Counted from the first letter of the stretch, positions 39,238 through 53,947 are shown. The stretch: 64,000 nucleotides of DNA from Octopus sinensis (GCF_006345805.1 NC_042999.1:107570001-107634000), one strand, 5' to 3'. A program made the numbers and translations. Notes: generated by a model from the sequence alone, not told the origin.

Positions 39238-39454
39238 CAAGGGGGTGCTGAAAAGTTCCTGGCTTTGGGTAAAAGAAAACACAGGAGGAACAGTTAATTA
39301 TGATTTTATCCAACATATACCCCTCTCAGATTCGCACACTTGTTGCAGCAGTCCTTCAGTTTTTCTAAGCCCTGTAAAGGAACTTGGAAGGTTGGACCTT
39401 CAACCAGGCTTTCAGTGATACCCTTAAAGCCAGGAACTTTTCAGCACACCCTCG
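39238..39454 (-). mobile_element. Mariner-derived MITE, third copy
   Basis: TA|caagggggtgctgaaaagttcctggcttt...aaagccaggaacttttcagcacaccctcg|TA. Confidence 0.9.
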
Positions 39455-39696
39455 TATGTGATGCATGCACACATATGCACATATGTACACAATGTGGACC
39501 AATATATGCATTATATATATATCATCATCATCATCATCATCATCATTTAGCGTCCACTTTCCATGCTAGCATGGGTTGGACGGTTCAACTGGGGTCTGTG
39601 AAGCCAGAAGGCTGCATCAGGCCCAGTCTGATCTGGCAGTGTTTCTATGGCTGGATGCCCTTCCTAACAGCAACCACTCCGTGAGTGTAGTGGGTG

Positions 39697-39750
<54 letters not shown>

Positions 39751-39765
39751 CTGGTCAAGTCAGTC

Positions 39766-39802
39766 TTTTGTTACTCTGAGTTTCACCTTTGGGTGCACAG
39801 TC
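39766..39802 (-). pseudogene. Decayed hammerhead related to 9201-9244
   Basis: Shares gttactctgagtttc (stem III + GAAA) exactly. Stem II ACC-CAAA-GGT. Core degenerated to CTGTGC. Lies near (TA)n like the 9.2 kb copy. Confidence 0.5.
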
Positions 39803-39842
39803 AATACTGAATATATATATGCATGTATGTATGTGTATATGC

Positions 39843-40575
39843 ATGGTGGTTGTCTACTCCTTATGCAGAATTTGACCACCTCCAGTACATACACCTAAGA
39901 ACCATCATGGCATCTGATGTGGCTTTTTTAACCAGGCAATGTTTTCAAAAAGACACCCATGTAGAATGCATATCCGATTTGGACCACCAACAGCTGCAGA
40001 TAAGTTCTGATCTTTGTGGATCTTAAAATGTCTTTTGAGGCCGCCATTAGATTTGAAAACCTTCTGGCATACATTGCATTCACGGGTGTGCACAGACACA
40101 TAGGCAGAATAGTTGGTGGAGGTCCGTTTTCCACGGATTCACAAATGAGATTTGAGCCCAGCCAAAGAAAGGCATTGTCAGTCATAAAGGATAAAATCAT
40201 TCATGATTTTATCAGGTGGTCAGCACAAAAATAAAGAAAAAACCTTTCAAGTAAATTTTTCTAAATACTATATTAATATTTATATACATAATTATAACAA
40301 GGGATCAGAAACAAGACTCTCCACTTGCTGAAAATAGATGCCAAATGACGCTAAAAACCACATTATAAACTCCAAAAACACAGTTTGTGGATGGGTAAAA
40401 GAAAAATAATAAACCAAACTGTTAGTTAATTGTATATTAGAAATAATTTCAGGCTAAAGCTAATAAATACTGTCATCATCAGCATAGATATTCCAGAGAA
40501 TAAATGTACAAGTACCTACACATACCTATACAAGCAGTGACATCACACAGTAATATATATACACACTTACAAAAT
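39843..40575 (-). mobile_element. Chimeric RTE-tail/zinc-finger repeat, copy 2
   Basis: Collinear with 17187-17840 and 18260-18312. Confidence 0.75.
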
Positions 40576-41260
40576 AACACTTGCCACTGGAACGGGAGCC
40601 AGTGAGGCAGACCTGGCATCGACCATGTCCAGATGGTGCATTTTAGGTGCCACTGATACAGGAGCCAGTCAGGTAGCACTGGCCGCAGCTATGATTTTGG
40701 TTTTACTTGACTCAACAGGTCTTCTCAAGCATATCATATCGCCTAACACATATGTATATGCTGTGGAGTATTCTGATGCTTTGAAATATATTGAGTAAAT
40801 ATGAACACTGACCTTTGAAATTTGTTCTCTCTTTCTTAGTTATATATATATATATATTTATACATATATATACAACTTATATTTTGGATATATTTAGGGT
40901 ACTTAATTGTGCTCATGACTTAGTGTTTGCATCTTCCATGTGTATAAGTAAGTATTTCATTTATTCCTTTGCTGCATTTATCACTGACAAAGAGAAGGTT
41001 CTTATGAATTAACTCTGAAATCGGGTCCGATATGATAATAACGGAAATTTTAGAAATTTCAGTCGGCTTTCTTCAAGAGGCATGCTTATTGTGACAAATT
41101 ATAATGGTTATTGACGTTGTCTATTTTCGGCATATTTGGCATTAGAAATTTTTTTCTTTTGCCCTTGTTTATAAGTTGTTTATAAATTAATCCTTTAAAA
41201 GTATTTTTAATATGCTGGCCATTGATAGAATATTTTTCGAAAAATTTTATCCTATATTAG

Positions 41261-41303
<43 letters not shown>

Positions 41304-41330
41304 AGCATAAAAGAGAGTCCAATATATATG

Positions 41331-41378
<48 letters not shown>

Positions 41379-41771
41379 TATAGAGTAAATATTATTTGAC
41401 AACATAATGTGGCAATCCTGGTTAGGACAATTGTTACTGTTATTTAGCCCCAGGAAACATCATCTCCATCTGGTCATACGATGCACTATCTGCATCCTTA
41501 TATTTTCAAACAAGGGCATTTTTCAAACAAGATATTGCTTTGAGCTGAGTGAAGATACTAAACTCTTTTGCTCAAAGATATAAGGACACAGATAGTGTGT
41601 CGTATAGCCAGCAGGAGACAATGTTTCCTGGGGATAAATAACAGTAACAGTCATTCTAACGAGGACTGTCACGTTATGTTGGCAAATAATCTCGTCTCTA
41701 GAGTACTGTTACTGAATGTCTCCATCCAGAGATTGAGAAATAATTTTCTGTCAATACATACATATATATTA

Positions 41772-41840
<69 letters not shown>

Positions 41841-42333
41841 ACTCTCCTGTTGAAAACAACATATGAGTGTTTGGCTTTTGCTGAACAACCTGCACAAATG
41901 ATTTGTTTATAGTGATTAAATGTATGTGCTGTACTCTATTTTCTACGCTTGCATATATATGTATATATCACTCCCTCTATCAAATCAACATTGCCCAATA
42001 AGGTGCACAGGTATATCATGCATCAGGTATTGAAGTGATCACAGAGCAACATGAGATGAAGTATTTTGCTCAAGAAAACAATGTACCACCTGGCCTAGGA
42101 ATTGAAATCATAATCTTGCAATCATGAGTACATCACCCTAACCATTGGCCTATGCATCCTTACATATGTACGTATATATACATATTGTTGTTGTCATGAT
42201 AATTTTATAAAATTTTGAGAGAAGATGAAGTAATTTTTTTTGGAATATCTCAAGGCATATACATAAAGCTATAGATAATGGCCTGTAAATATTGAGTTTA
42301 AATACACTTTTATATATATCTATGTGTATGTAT

Positions 42334-42391
<58 letters not shown>

Positions 42392-42419
42392 GTGTATAAA
42401 TATTGTGTATGTATATGTG

Positions 42420-42451
<32 letters not shown>

Positions 42452-44574
42452 CATACATATATACATACATGTATTATGTATGTATATATATATGCATATA
42501 TGTATGTAATAAATATAATATATATACACACATACGTACATGTATTATGTATGTATATATGTATATATGTTATACATATATAGAAGTATAGATGCATGCA
42601 CACATGCATACATACAGATATGCATTCATATATATATATATATATATATATTATGCAATAAGTGTCAACAATGTTTCCCGCAGACCAGATAAGGAAATCA
42701 ATATGACTATACATATTAATTCATAATTCTTGGAACGTATACTGACACATGCATTGTTGCTTAGAACCTCATTTCTTTACAGGATTTTTCTTTTTATCAA
42801 GTTAGTCATACTAATGTTGAGGTAACAAAAAACCTCATTGTACACATTTCAATACAATCTTGTTTCCTTAAGCAAAATATGTTTCATTTTGTTTCAGTGA
42901 CATTTAGCAGAGGTGTGTACAATATTTCAATAATCTTAATATACAAGGGATAAATTTTAATCTGATCTCCTCCAGTTTATCTTATGAGTTGTAAATTCAT
43001 GACAATTTATATCATAAATCAATCTTAACATTCTAAAGACTATAATATCAGGGTTTTTTAAGCAAAGTGTGTATGATTTATATTATGAGAAACTTAATTA
43101 TTCTAAGTAGTGTTATATCTCTTTTCTTATGTGAAGGTATATAACTTAGTGGTTAGAGTATTAGGCTCTTCTTTACAAGGTTGCGAGTTCAAAGCTGGGC
43201 AGTATGTTGTATCCTTGGGCAAGACATTTTGTTTTATGTTACTCCAGTTCACTCAGTTGGCAAAAATGTGTAGTATCTGGATTTCAAAGGGCCAACCTTG
43301 TCACATTCTGTGTCACACTGAATTTCCCTGAAAACTACATTAAGTGTCTGTGGAGTACTCAGCCAATTGCATGTTAATTTCACAAGCTGGTTTATCTGTT
43401 GGTTAGATCAACTGGAACACTCATTGTAGTAACCAACAGAGGGCTAGTTATCCACACTGTAAAAGTGTTATCATCTTTCATAGTAATTGATATGCTATTT
43501 TACATTGCCCTCTTTTTTAATGCTTTATAGTATTATAGTTGTTTAAAAAACAACAATAAATTAGTAGGTGAATTGGTAGAGTTACTAAGATTTAGAATAA
43601 AGCACCTTGAGACATTTGTTGTAGCTCTCTATGCTCTATTTTCATACCCCATTGATGTCAACTTTGCCTTTCATCCTTTCATCATCAGCATCACCAGCAT
43701 CATTTAATGTCCACTTTTCCATGCTTCCCTGGGTTGGATGCAGTTTATTTGAGGTACATTTTCTATGGCTGGATGCCCTTCTTGTCACCAACCTTCACTT
43801 GTTGCCAAGCCAAGCAAAGTAATATTTTCCCCATTGTCAGATATGTTCTTGTAGAATATTGGAAATGAATGAAACTGCTTGTATTACAGTGACACTTATT
43901 TACATCTATCACATGACAGTTTCAACGTCAAGAAATATGATACCATAGAAATTGAGCCAAATATCTGGCAAGTTTGTTCTATGTTTCTGAGATTGCTGGA
44001 TTTCTGGATATAGGCTAAATATATGTTTAAAGTATAAAATAAATAAATAAAACTAAAGAACAACACTGTTTTTAACAGATACTAATTAATATACTTCTAA
44101 AGCAGTATTTATTTGATCTTTAGTAATCCATTTAAACTTCTTTGAAATATCTGTACATGAAAACTGTTCTCTGCATAATATATACATTGAAAATTAAATG
44201 AAGAAATACAAATAACTTGATTATATTTAACAAATCATCATCATCATCATCATCATTTAGCGTCCGTTTTCCATGCTAGCATGGGTTGGACGGTTTAACT
44301 GGGGTCTGTGAAGCCGGAAGGCTTCATCAGGCCCAGTCAGATCTGGCAGTGTTTCTATGGCTGGATGCCCTTCCTAACGCCAACCACTCCGTGAGTGTAG
44401 TGGGTGCTTTTTACGTGCCACCTGCACAGGTGCCAGACAGAGCTGGCAAATGGCCACGAACGGATGGTGTTTTTACGTGCCACCGGCACGGGGGCCAGTT
44501 ACAAATTATACACGATGAATTCATTATCCACTCTCTGAGCCCAGTGATTCTTATATTGGTCTGCCATTACTTAC

Positions 44575-44673
44575 ATGCTGTATAGTGCAGTCATTTCCAG
44601 ACACACCATACCAAAAATATATCACAGTCACTATCAGGTGAGTAATATTCACAAGGTGTGAAATAAAATCCAT
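44575..44673 (-). CDS. Candidate first coding exon of a secreted or membrane protein (MDFISHLVNITHLIVTVIYFWYGVSGNDCTIQH)
   Basis: aaaaATGg start context, hydrophobic stretch ending VSG-ND, CAT|GTAAGT donor at 44574. No downstream exon or homology identified. Confidence 0.3.
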
Positions 44674-46129
44674 TTTTTGTGGTATGTATGGGCTGGTCCT
44701 TCAAAACTCTGAATTATGCCTTCAGGCATGTTAATTCTATGATATTCATACCCCTATAAGGAATTAATAACATTTGTTTTGTTTTCTCCAAGCTAGTGCT
44801 CCTTATATTGAACTATTTCATAGCAATAATTGTATGTGACACCATAAGAAACAAAGTCAATATGCAGTGGAGTACAACTGTACCTGCCAAGCTATCTTTT
44901 TATCAATATTATTTGTATTCATAAGGTTTTTTATGTGCTAATACAATATATTGAATAATGACTGTTCCCAGCCCTCCATTATTTTTATAAATATATATAC
45001 ATGCACTTGCCCATACTTATTGTTTGTTATCTCTTTTGTGACATATGCACTGAAAACATCATGACCAATAAACAAAACAACTATTATTAGTGTTTGAATT
45101 ACAAGTAGAAATAGTTTTGGGGAGTAGATTCTGTTCCTGGACATTATGTTTTACTTGTGACTCAAGTAAGTGGGTGTCATTAGTTTTTGTTTTGTTATAA
45201 ACTGTTTTAAAAATGAGATTGTGCTTAATTTTGTATTTTCTGCCCTATTTAGGATGAAATAATTGTTATTTATTTATTCATTCATTTTGCTTTATTTGAG
45301 ATGTTTTGAAATTTTTTGCTGGGATACCCTTTATAATAAAAATTTTAGGCATAATCTTCAATGGGGTTTCAGAGAGAGTTTCATAATTATTCTGAAAAGA
45401 GAGAAAATTTTATTTGAATAAAAAAAAAAGAGCTAGTGTTTGACAAAACAATGGAAAATAAAAGGATTGTTTGAGAAATGTCAAATGTGATAGTATGAAC
45501 AGTAACATGAACTAATCACTGCAAACAGTATCAATAATAGAATAGGTGCCTGTTGGCATCTCTAAAAACAACTGCATCATAACTGAGGACAAGGAAGAAC
45601 TAGATTTATCATAGACTCCAGAAAAATAGGAATAATGAGCGAAGTAGGTCATAAAGAAACGTTTTTCTTTTCCAAGGAATCTGTCAAAGAAAGGGCAAAT
45701 AAAATAGTGACATACCTTTGCTTCTCCAGAAAAATAGAAAAGTATTTTACATATCCTAATAAAGGAATCTGTGGTAGAAAGCTTGTTATATCAGGCTGGT
45801 ACTAAAAAATAAAGGGAGGGACTGAAAGAATATCAACCCTCTTGCAATACATTGATTGGTGCCTGAATATATGGAGCAATGGAAAGTATAAATCATGGTC
45901 AGGAACACAAGGGAGGAAATAGGCCCATCACTAACAGTGACTTTCCTGAGGTATCATCATCATCATCATCATCATCATTCGATGTTCATTGTCCATGCTG
46001 GCATAGGTTGGATGGTTTGACCAGAGCTGGCAAGCTGGGGAGCTGCACCAGATTCTCCAGTCTGATTTCGCATGGTTTCTATGGCTGGATGCCTTTCCTA
46101 ATGTCAGCTAGTATAGGAAAATTGTAAAA

Positions 46130-46800
46130 GAATGAGAAAATCATGCAGGTCAGGCAGGTAAAATGAAACTCCAAGTAGCATTGAGTCACAGAGCTGCAGT
46201 CCTGGATCAAGCATGGCTGGGTGCCTGGCATCTAGATTGTCACCTGGTCCTCACAGCCATCTGCCAGTCAGGCAATGTGATTGGTAAAATTCCACTCTGA
46301 TTTTCAATAGGTAGTTAGTGGCAGATAAGAGAACAATGGTTTGAGGAAGATTTCGAGCATTGCTCAAAATCAACTGGCTGGTCTGTTCTGGAAGGCTTAT
46401 ATGAGCCAGGGGCCAGAACTATTTGGCCTGATAGTGCTGATAGGTGGTGGTGGTGGTGGGTGAGGAATTGCTGGTTCAGAATAAACTCTACGAGTATGGA
46501 AAGTCCTGCCTGGGATGCATGCAGAGCAACAAAACAATTCTGCATGAACTCATTTACTGCCTGAGCATTGCTGATTTGTGGAGTTATATTGAACACCTAT
46601 TGTTGTGTTTGGGATGGGTTTGACTATCAGCTGAGTCCACATTGAAGATTATTCTGCCACCTTTCTTTGAGGAAGGGCAAGTAGTCTTCAACTGTCTGTT
46701 AGCTTTGGTAAAAGAGGCTGTGTGGCAGACTTGACTGAAAGTGTTGAAAACAGATACTTTCCTTTTTAGCCAAGCCATTATCAATATTTGCAAATTTCAC
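46130..46800 (-). pseudogene. Decayed APE endonuclease region of a CR1/L2-like LINE
   Basis: Degenerate GDFN-like, LNQ...IVLA and SSNHCSLI (SDH-like) motifs in the expected order. Confidence 0.45.
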
Positions 46801-47089
46801 TCGAAAAGGAATGTGAGCACAGTGCTGTCTCACAGCAAATTTGTTCAAATAAAATGAAAGTGGCAAGGATGAATGAATGAATCTCCTCTGAGTATGTCCT
46901 AGAGGTCAGGATGGCCATGGTTTCCAGAGGTCTCTATGAGTACCCTTTGGAAGTCCCCCTTTTGGAGAATTATTTCTTGTTGAAATTTTTTTGTTGGCAT
47001 ACTTTAAGTAATACCACATTTTATAATTGTGTACTATCCTTGATATTTGCTTGAGCCTTTAATGTTTAATAAAGAAAACATTATTATTA

Positions 47090-47127
<38 letters not shown>

Positions 47128-48299
47128 GCACACCAGGTAAAATGTTTTGCTACATTTTGGTCATGTTTACATTCTGAGTTCAAATCTGCTGAGGTCAACT
47201 TTTGCCTTTCGTCATTTCAAGGATAATAAAATAAGTGCCAGTTGAACACTGGGGGTCAATGTAATCAACTTACCCCTCTCACCAAATTTGCTGGCCTCAT
47301 GCCAAAATCTGAAATCATTATTGTTATTGCTACTACTATTAATACTACTACTAATAGTAGTAGTACAGTTGGTGGCAGAAATCATTTGTTGGATAATGCC
47401 TTGTGTTATTGAGTTCAAAACCTGCTGATTTCAATTTTACATTTCATACTTCTGATGTTGATGAAACATAGTTCCAGTTAAGCACTGAGCTGATTTCATC
47501 AACTGCATCCCATTAGTAATCATCATCATCATCATCATTATCATCATATTTTCAGGATATATCATTTACATTACAATTGAGATCATTCTTCAAATCTAAC
47601 ATTTTTGGTTAGCAAGGATTGTGATTTTTATAGCTAACATTTTCCTAGCAATATAAAACATTTTTAAAAGTGCACTATTTCTGAACCTCTTTCATAAAAG
47701 GTTTGCAAGGAAGAAGTTTTTTAATTTGTTCTTCAATTTTTTTTTTATTTAATTACCGTTATAGCTTCCATAACCACAAGTGTTATTCTTATATCTACAT
47801 TCCACATTATATTCCATTTCCATTTCTAGATATTTATATTTTGAAAAGTTTTCAACCTACATATGTACTTGAGATAGTTTTAACACTTGTATAAGGCACA
47901 TCAAATAATGTACAAGTCCTATTTTTCTTTTGTCTTTTTGGTTTTTTTCTTTTTTGCCTTTTATGATAATATCATAAAAGTTTGCTCCTCACTCTTTATA
48001 TACACATGTGTGTGTGAACATATTTCAGAAAATGGCAATTTCTATTGTAGTTGTTTTTCCCCAATTCTAGCCTCAAGTTTTTTCTTTTTATGTGCTTCTT
48101 CACTTGGAATATTGAATTCTTTACATATTTTCCAGTGTGAGTTAGAATGTCATGTCAATTAATCAAACACACCGTGTACCTATGGAAGCTTATTATTGAA
48201 GTATGTTTATTGAAAACTTACAGTGTTTAGTTAAATTTTGTAAAATTTCTATCAACCTAAAAATTTGCTTACCTTATCCCTTAAATATTATCATTACCA

Positions 48300-49665
48300 T
48301 TGTTACTTCATTTGCATTGTGGTGTTCTTGTTATCACTGGATTGTTTTTTTGCCTCCCTATCAGGTTACATGACCTCAAGTAGACAGTACTAGTCACAGG
48401 ATATTTGCTGTTCTCAAAAGTGTTGTCTTTCTCAATGTCATAATTCTAGGACAAATTCCAATAGTATCAAGGTGTTTCTGAAGAGTTTTTTTGTCTCTGA
48501 TCCAAGTGCTCCAATTACATCTGGTACCGCTCTTTCTTTACTATTGATGTAATGATCTCCTGGGCAAGCTACAACAAACACCTCCTTATAGTATCTTTCT
48601 CCACCAAAGTTATGACTGGCTTTGCATGTTCAAAACTTTAGGTGAACTGCTTAGTAGTATTTCGCCTATCTTTACATTCTGAGTTCAAATTCTGCCTTGT
48701 TCGACTTTGCCTTTCATCCTTTCAGGGTCAATAAATTAAGTACCAGTGAAACACTAGAGTCGATGTTAAGGGTACACCAGGCACATGCATCACAAACATA
48801 TGTGCGCAACATGGTGATCTCATATAAATAGCACATGACCTTGCAGGTGGGACCCAGTTAGAAATTTTTTCAGATCGAGTAGCCCATCCCACTCAAAAGG
48901 TCCCTGAATAAGGTTTGTTTTAAGGATGATGAACAAAACACCTATGTTTCCAGGACTGTACTTGCCTCTTTTCTGGTAGATTACTCTGCACTTCTTGAGT
49001 CCAAATTCCATTTTAATATCAGTACTAAAACAGTGGACTGTGTTCACCAAGGGACTCACTTGTGTCTCATCTTTGCCATTCAGTTTTAAATCCTCCATGA
49101 AGATGAGGTGGTTGATTGTTTAGGATTTTCCTTTAGTTGGTACCCCAGGTTCATTTTCCTGAGTACCAAGACCAGGGGTATCATGCAGAGAATGAAAAGC
49201 AATGGCAATAAGCTGTAACCCTGAAAAATCCCTCTTCTGATACCCAGGATGCCCATGCTTTTTCCATAAGATGTCAGTTCATTTTTCCATTCTATCGTAC
49301 TTCTCTTCCGGAAATACATTACATTCCTCACAATTCCAAAAGATCTAAGCACCTGATGATCCACGAATGCGGAATCATATAAGCTTTGCGATAGTCAATC
49401 TAGGCCATTTCCAGATTTGTTTTCCTTCATTTAAAATCTTGCATTACCATTTTGTCTATCAGTAGCTGATCTTTGGTACCTCTGCATCTCCAGCAGCCTT
49501 TTTTTTTTCTTTCTGGCAGTATTATATCGTTTGCATTCAAGAAATTTATACAGTTCTTCTGTAATTCTTCCTGACAGTAACTTCCACATTAATGGGAGGT
49601 GGGAAATTGGTCTGTAATTGTCAGCAACATTTCCCTTTGATACATCCTTCAGGCACAACACCGTT
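48300..49665 (-). mobile_element. R4/Dong-clade non-LTR remnant (RT + restriction-like endonuclease), with SINE insertions at about 48640-48960
   Basis: [59 protein letters not shown]. (ATT)n begins at about 49670. Confidence 0.85.
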
Positions 49666-49670
49666 CATGG

Positions 49671-49714
<44 letters not shown>

Positions 49715-49888
49715 CATTATTATTATTGTTATTATCCTCCTCATCATCATCATTGTCATTATTGTTGTTGTTATTGTTGTTGCTGTTGTTGCTGCTGCAG
49801 CTGCTGCAGTTGCTGTTGTTGTTTTTGCTGTATCAACAACATGTATTTTAGCATTTCTCCATTAGTTTTCATTTATTCATATATCTAG

Positions 49889-50110
49889 TTGTTGAGGTGG
49901 TTTGGCTACATGGAGAGGATGGCTGAGGAGTGGATGGTAAGGAGAGCGATGAAGGCAAAAGTGGTAAGCAGCAGAACCAGAGGCAGACCTTGGTTTCTGT
50001 GGATGGATGGAGTGAGGAAAGCTTTGGAGGTCAGAGGTGTTGGATTGAGAGAGACAAGAGAGTTTATAAATGATAGGAAAGCTTGGAGAGTGTTTGTGGA
50101 CAGATTAGTG
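49889..50110 (+). mobile_element. RTE-clade LINE 3' coding fragment
   Basis: LRWFGYMERM..RTRGRPWFLWMDGVRKAL..DRKAWR. Confidence 0.85.
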
Positions 50111-51349
50111 AATTTTGATGTTGCTCAAAGTGGTACAGAACCAGCATGATGCAGCGGGGGTAAACCAGCATGATGCAGCAGGGGCAAACCAGCATATGTT
50201 GCCAGGCCCTGCTGCTTATATTGGGGGCTGTGTTTTATGCCTTGACCCAAGCATGAAACAGGGCTCACCTCTCTAGATACATTTCTAATGTTAATATATA
50301 TATTATTTACATGTAAGGCAGTGACCTGGCAGAATTGCTAACATGCCAGGCAAAATGCCAAGAGACTTTTCATCTGTCTTCATTCTGAGTTAAAATTCCA
50401 TTGAGGTTGACTTTGCCTTTCATCCTTTTGAGGTCAATAACATAAGTACTAGTTGAGCACTGACATCAATGTTATCGACTTACCCCTCTACTAAAACTGC
50501 TGGGTCAACATTTGAAACCAATATACATTATTTATATGTAAGGCAGCAAGCTGGCAGAATTGTAAGCACACTAGGCAAAATGCTTAGCAGCCTTTCTTTT
50601 TTCTTTAAATTTAAGTTCAAATTTCACAGAGATCGATTTTACTGTTCGTCTTTTCTGGGTTGATAAAATAATACCAGTTTAGTACTGGGGGTTGATGTAA
50701 TCAACTTAATCCCTTTCCCCAAAATTGCTGGCCTTGTCCCAAAATTTGAAACTAATATATGATATTTACATGTTGTTGAGCCCATTGGGATGGTCGGCTC
50801 ATTTGTTTCTTATTCCTTTGAGACCCCAAAAATTTTTGTTTTTGAAATGCAGATTTGAAATACTATGACATCTTTAACAACCAGACAGCTGAAGGGAGTG
50901 GGATATAATTTTGAAAAGTGAGTGGAACAAACCAGTTGATTAATGATCGAAGACTTTCGTCTTAAAGTACAAAGTCTAAAAAAAAACTACATGAGTGGAA
51001 AAAGCAGCAGCAACAACAACAACATCAATCTGTCAAACACCACCAACAACACCAACACTGTCTCTATTCTAGCAGTTAGCAACTATGACAACAGTAACAA
51101 TGCAGCTTGCAAAGAAATGTGTTGCAACAAAGAAAGCACACACATCCACATACACCATCAGTACCATCACCACTACTGCAGTTGCTGGTAGTGACAACAA
51201 CAATAACAATATCAATAGAATAACAAAGCAAACAAAAGAAGTGACTATAAAGAAAACAACTCATCACCACTGCCACCACATCTATTATTGCTGCTAACAC
51301 TATGATCGCTACTAGCACCACACGACAACCAATGTGACAACCCAAAGCA

Positions 51350-53916
51350 ATACCATAAAGGTGAAATGTTTTGCAAAAGTGGGAATACATATCTTACAGG
51401 TTTCTATAATGGACAAATATCAGTTTCAAAAATGCAGAACATCTACTAAAAATCTGCAAGCAAGAAACTAATTTGTGAATGCATGAATAAATGGAAAAGA
51501 CTGCCAAACAAACTATCACCTACAAATATGTCGCATGGCAAATCTAATGTATAGAGATGGTCACACACCCAATTAGAAAGGTACTTGCATGACAAATAGG
51601 TGGATATAGATTTCACCACTAGGACCTGACAATTTGGTACTGTCAAAGTACAATTTTTCATCAATGTCCTTACAGGAAAGCAGCCCATTGTTTCCTGCAT
51701 AAGCAAGGAAGTTGTCCTTCTTTCTCACATATTTGGTAAGATGGAACGTATTTGTAAAAATATCCACCATGCACCAGAACTAAATATCTAGTGGATTGTA
51801 GTATGCATTGTACTGGAAAGAAGTGACACTCTCCTAATCATAAAAAAATATAGGTAGGAGAATTGGGCCAACAGGACTGGATACTCTAAACAAATGAAAC
51901 CAGAACACCTGAAAACGCTCCCAGATATAGTTTAACAGCTGAGTGGAGCAGAACCCCAGATTATGGTAGATGACAGAAGACCCAGGTGACACCAACCATC
52001 TGAAAGCCTTCTGTGTAAATGGATATTAAAACTATGGATGCCATCACTGCTTTCAATATTAGCAATACAACAGAAACAACAACATCAATTACAGTGTGCA
52101 ACTATACCAGCAGGAATGGCAGCAGCTGCAGCAACATCTACAACAATAAAATAAGCAACAGATGCAAAAAATAATAGCAGCAGCAGCAACACCAAAAACA
52201 GAAGTGTCAATGAAGATAGCCAGAGAATCCTTGTGACAGCAACAGAAACATTTCCAATATCAGCAACAGAATTTTCCAGCTTTATCACAACACTATAAGA
52301 TACATCCTTCCTCTTTCAGATCACAAAGATAGGTTCTATAACAAGGATGACAAGGATGAAGATGGAGAAAAGTGAAAAAGAATAAAATAAATCTGCCCTT
52401 ACAAGAAGCTGGGAGACTTGATGGGGTGAAAACCAATCCATCACCACCTCTGCAAACATCAGAACACAACTCAATTTACACCCAAACCAGCAACAAAAAC
52501 ACAAGCAAAGAAACATCATAAACTACACAGCCATAGACACAAACAACAAATAATTAACATAATATATATATATATATATATAATAACTTCATCACACCAA
52601 CGAATAGCATATCAACAAATCTAAAAATTCCTCTAAGCAGCATTAAATACATACAACATTTTGAAAAAACAAATACCTCAAAAGAATTGATTTCATAAAG
52701 AATACTAGAAAAAAACTATACAAAGACTTGCTTATAGAAACATCCACAACAAGCCAGAGGTATGGAACACCTGTCCTTCCACAGGCTTATAGAAACATCC
52801 ACAACAAGCCAGAGGTATGGAACACCTGTCCTTTCACAGTATTAATGCAAGATATCCTTATCCCTTCTCCCCTTACTTAGAATAGACAGTGGGAATACAC
52901 ATGGCCTGGTACCATGTTGGAAGCAAACCAACCTGATCATTAAACTCGAGTCACTAGACAAAGATGTGGTGGCCATCAGCAAGACCAGAGTTCCCGATGC
53001 ACAAGCCTTAACACCCAGTTTCCAATGGCTCAAAGTATACACATTCAAAGTTAACAGGGTTGTGAAACAACATTACTACATTATTTCAGAAAGCTCTGGA
53101 TCTCACAATACAGCCTATCTTCCTGACTCAGACAGTAAGTTGGTAGTGTTGGACTTGACCAGCAGCAAAGGGTACATCTTCTGACTGGTAGCCATCTATG
53201 CCCCAACAGGGATGGGGCAGCCAGATTTCTTTAGGTATCAACAGTTTTTTCCCCAAGACATCCCACTTTTTATCACTAGTGGAATATTAGAATAGCATCT
53301 TGGATGTATTTTAGGTCTGTGTTGGGCCATCTGAAATGACAGGGTATGCAAAAGCCTCACAAACCTGCTCAAAATGTTTCCAACTGGATTTCCCATATGT
53401 GTTAATGTGGGCATGAACAAACTACATTATGACCTCCAGATCGTAAAGTGTTAGAGAATTCTGTAGGCCAATAGATGGGGATAACATAGATTGTTTACAA
53501 TATGTCAATGGTCCATATTGTTTAAAACAGCAATACCCAGAAGATGTTGAATGATTTTCTAGCATGGCTATAAAGAAAATAATGATTAAGTGTACTTTGA
53601 GAAACATCTGGTCTCAGTATAATGAGCTAATATTAATAAATGAGTGACAGGTGAGCAGAATTGTGAGATGCTCTGATACAATGTACCTGGTGGATTTTCA
53701 CACATATGTAGTACATCTATCTTGTGTTTACATTGCTTAAAGTGGATCAAGGTTTATTTATTCTGTGTTTCTATATAATTTTATTTTATTTTGTATTCCT
53801 TAATCTTTGCCAGATTCTTAATATGCACATTGTATAACATTCTTATCCCTCTCCTCAGTATTGTATAACTTTGCCTTGTCCATCCCCACATCCATAATGT
53901 AATGTTTTATTTATAA

Positions 53917-53947
<31 letters not shown>

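Noticed and set aside
40430-40480. CTGATGA...GAAA on the minus strand in the chimeric repeat
   Set aside because: No credible stem II or stem I, and the paralog at about 17785 reads CTGATCA.
42783-42821. 39-nt plus-strand micro-exon (DFSFYQVSHTNVE)
   Set aside because: Splice-like signals are frequent by chance in this composition, with no independent support.
49592-49888. Poly-Y/C/L ORFs
   Set aside because: Translations of an (ATT)/(GTT)/(GCT) trinucleotide tract.
50943-52520. N/T/H-rich ORFs
   Set aside because: Low-complexity (AAC/CAC)n sequence with multiple stops.
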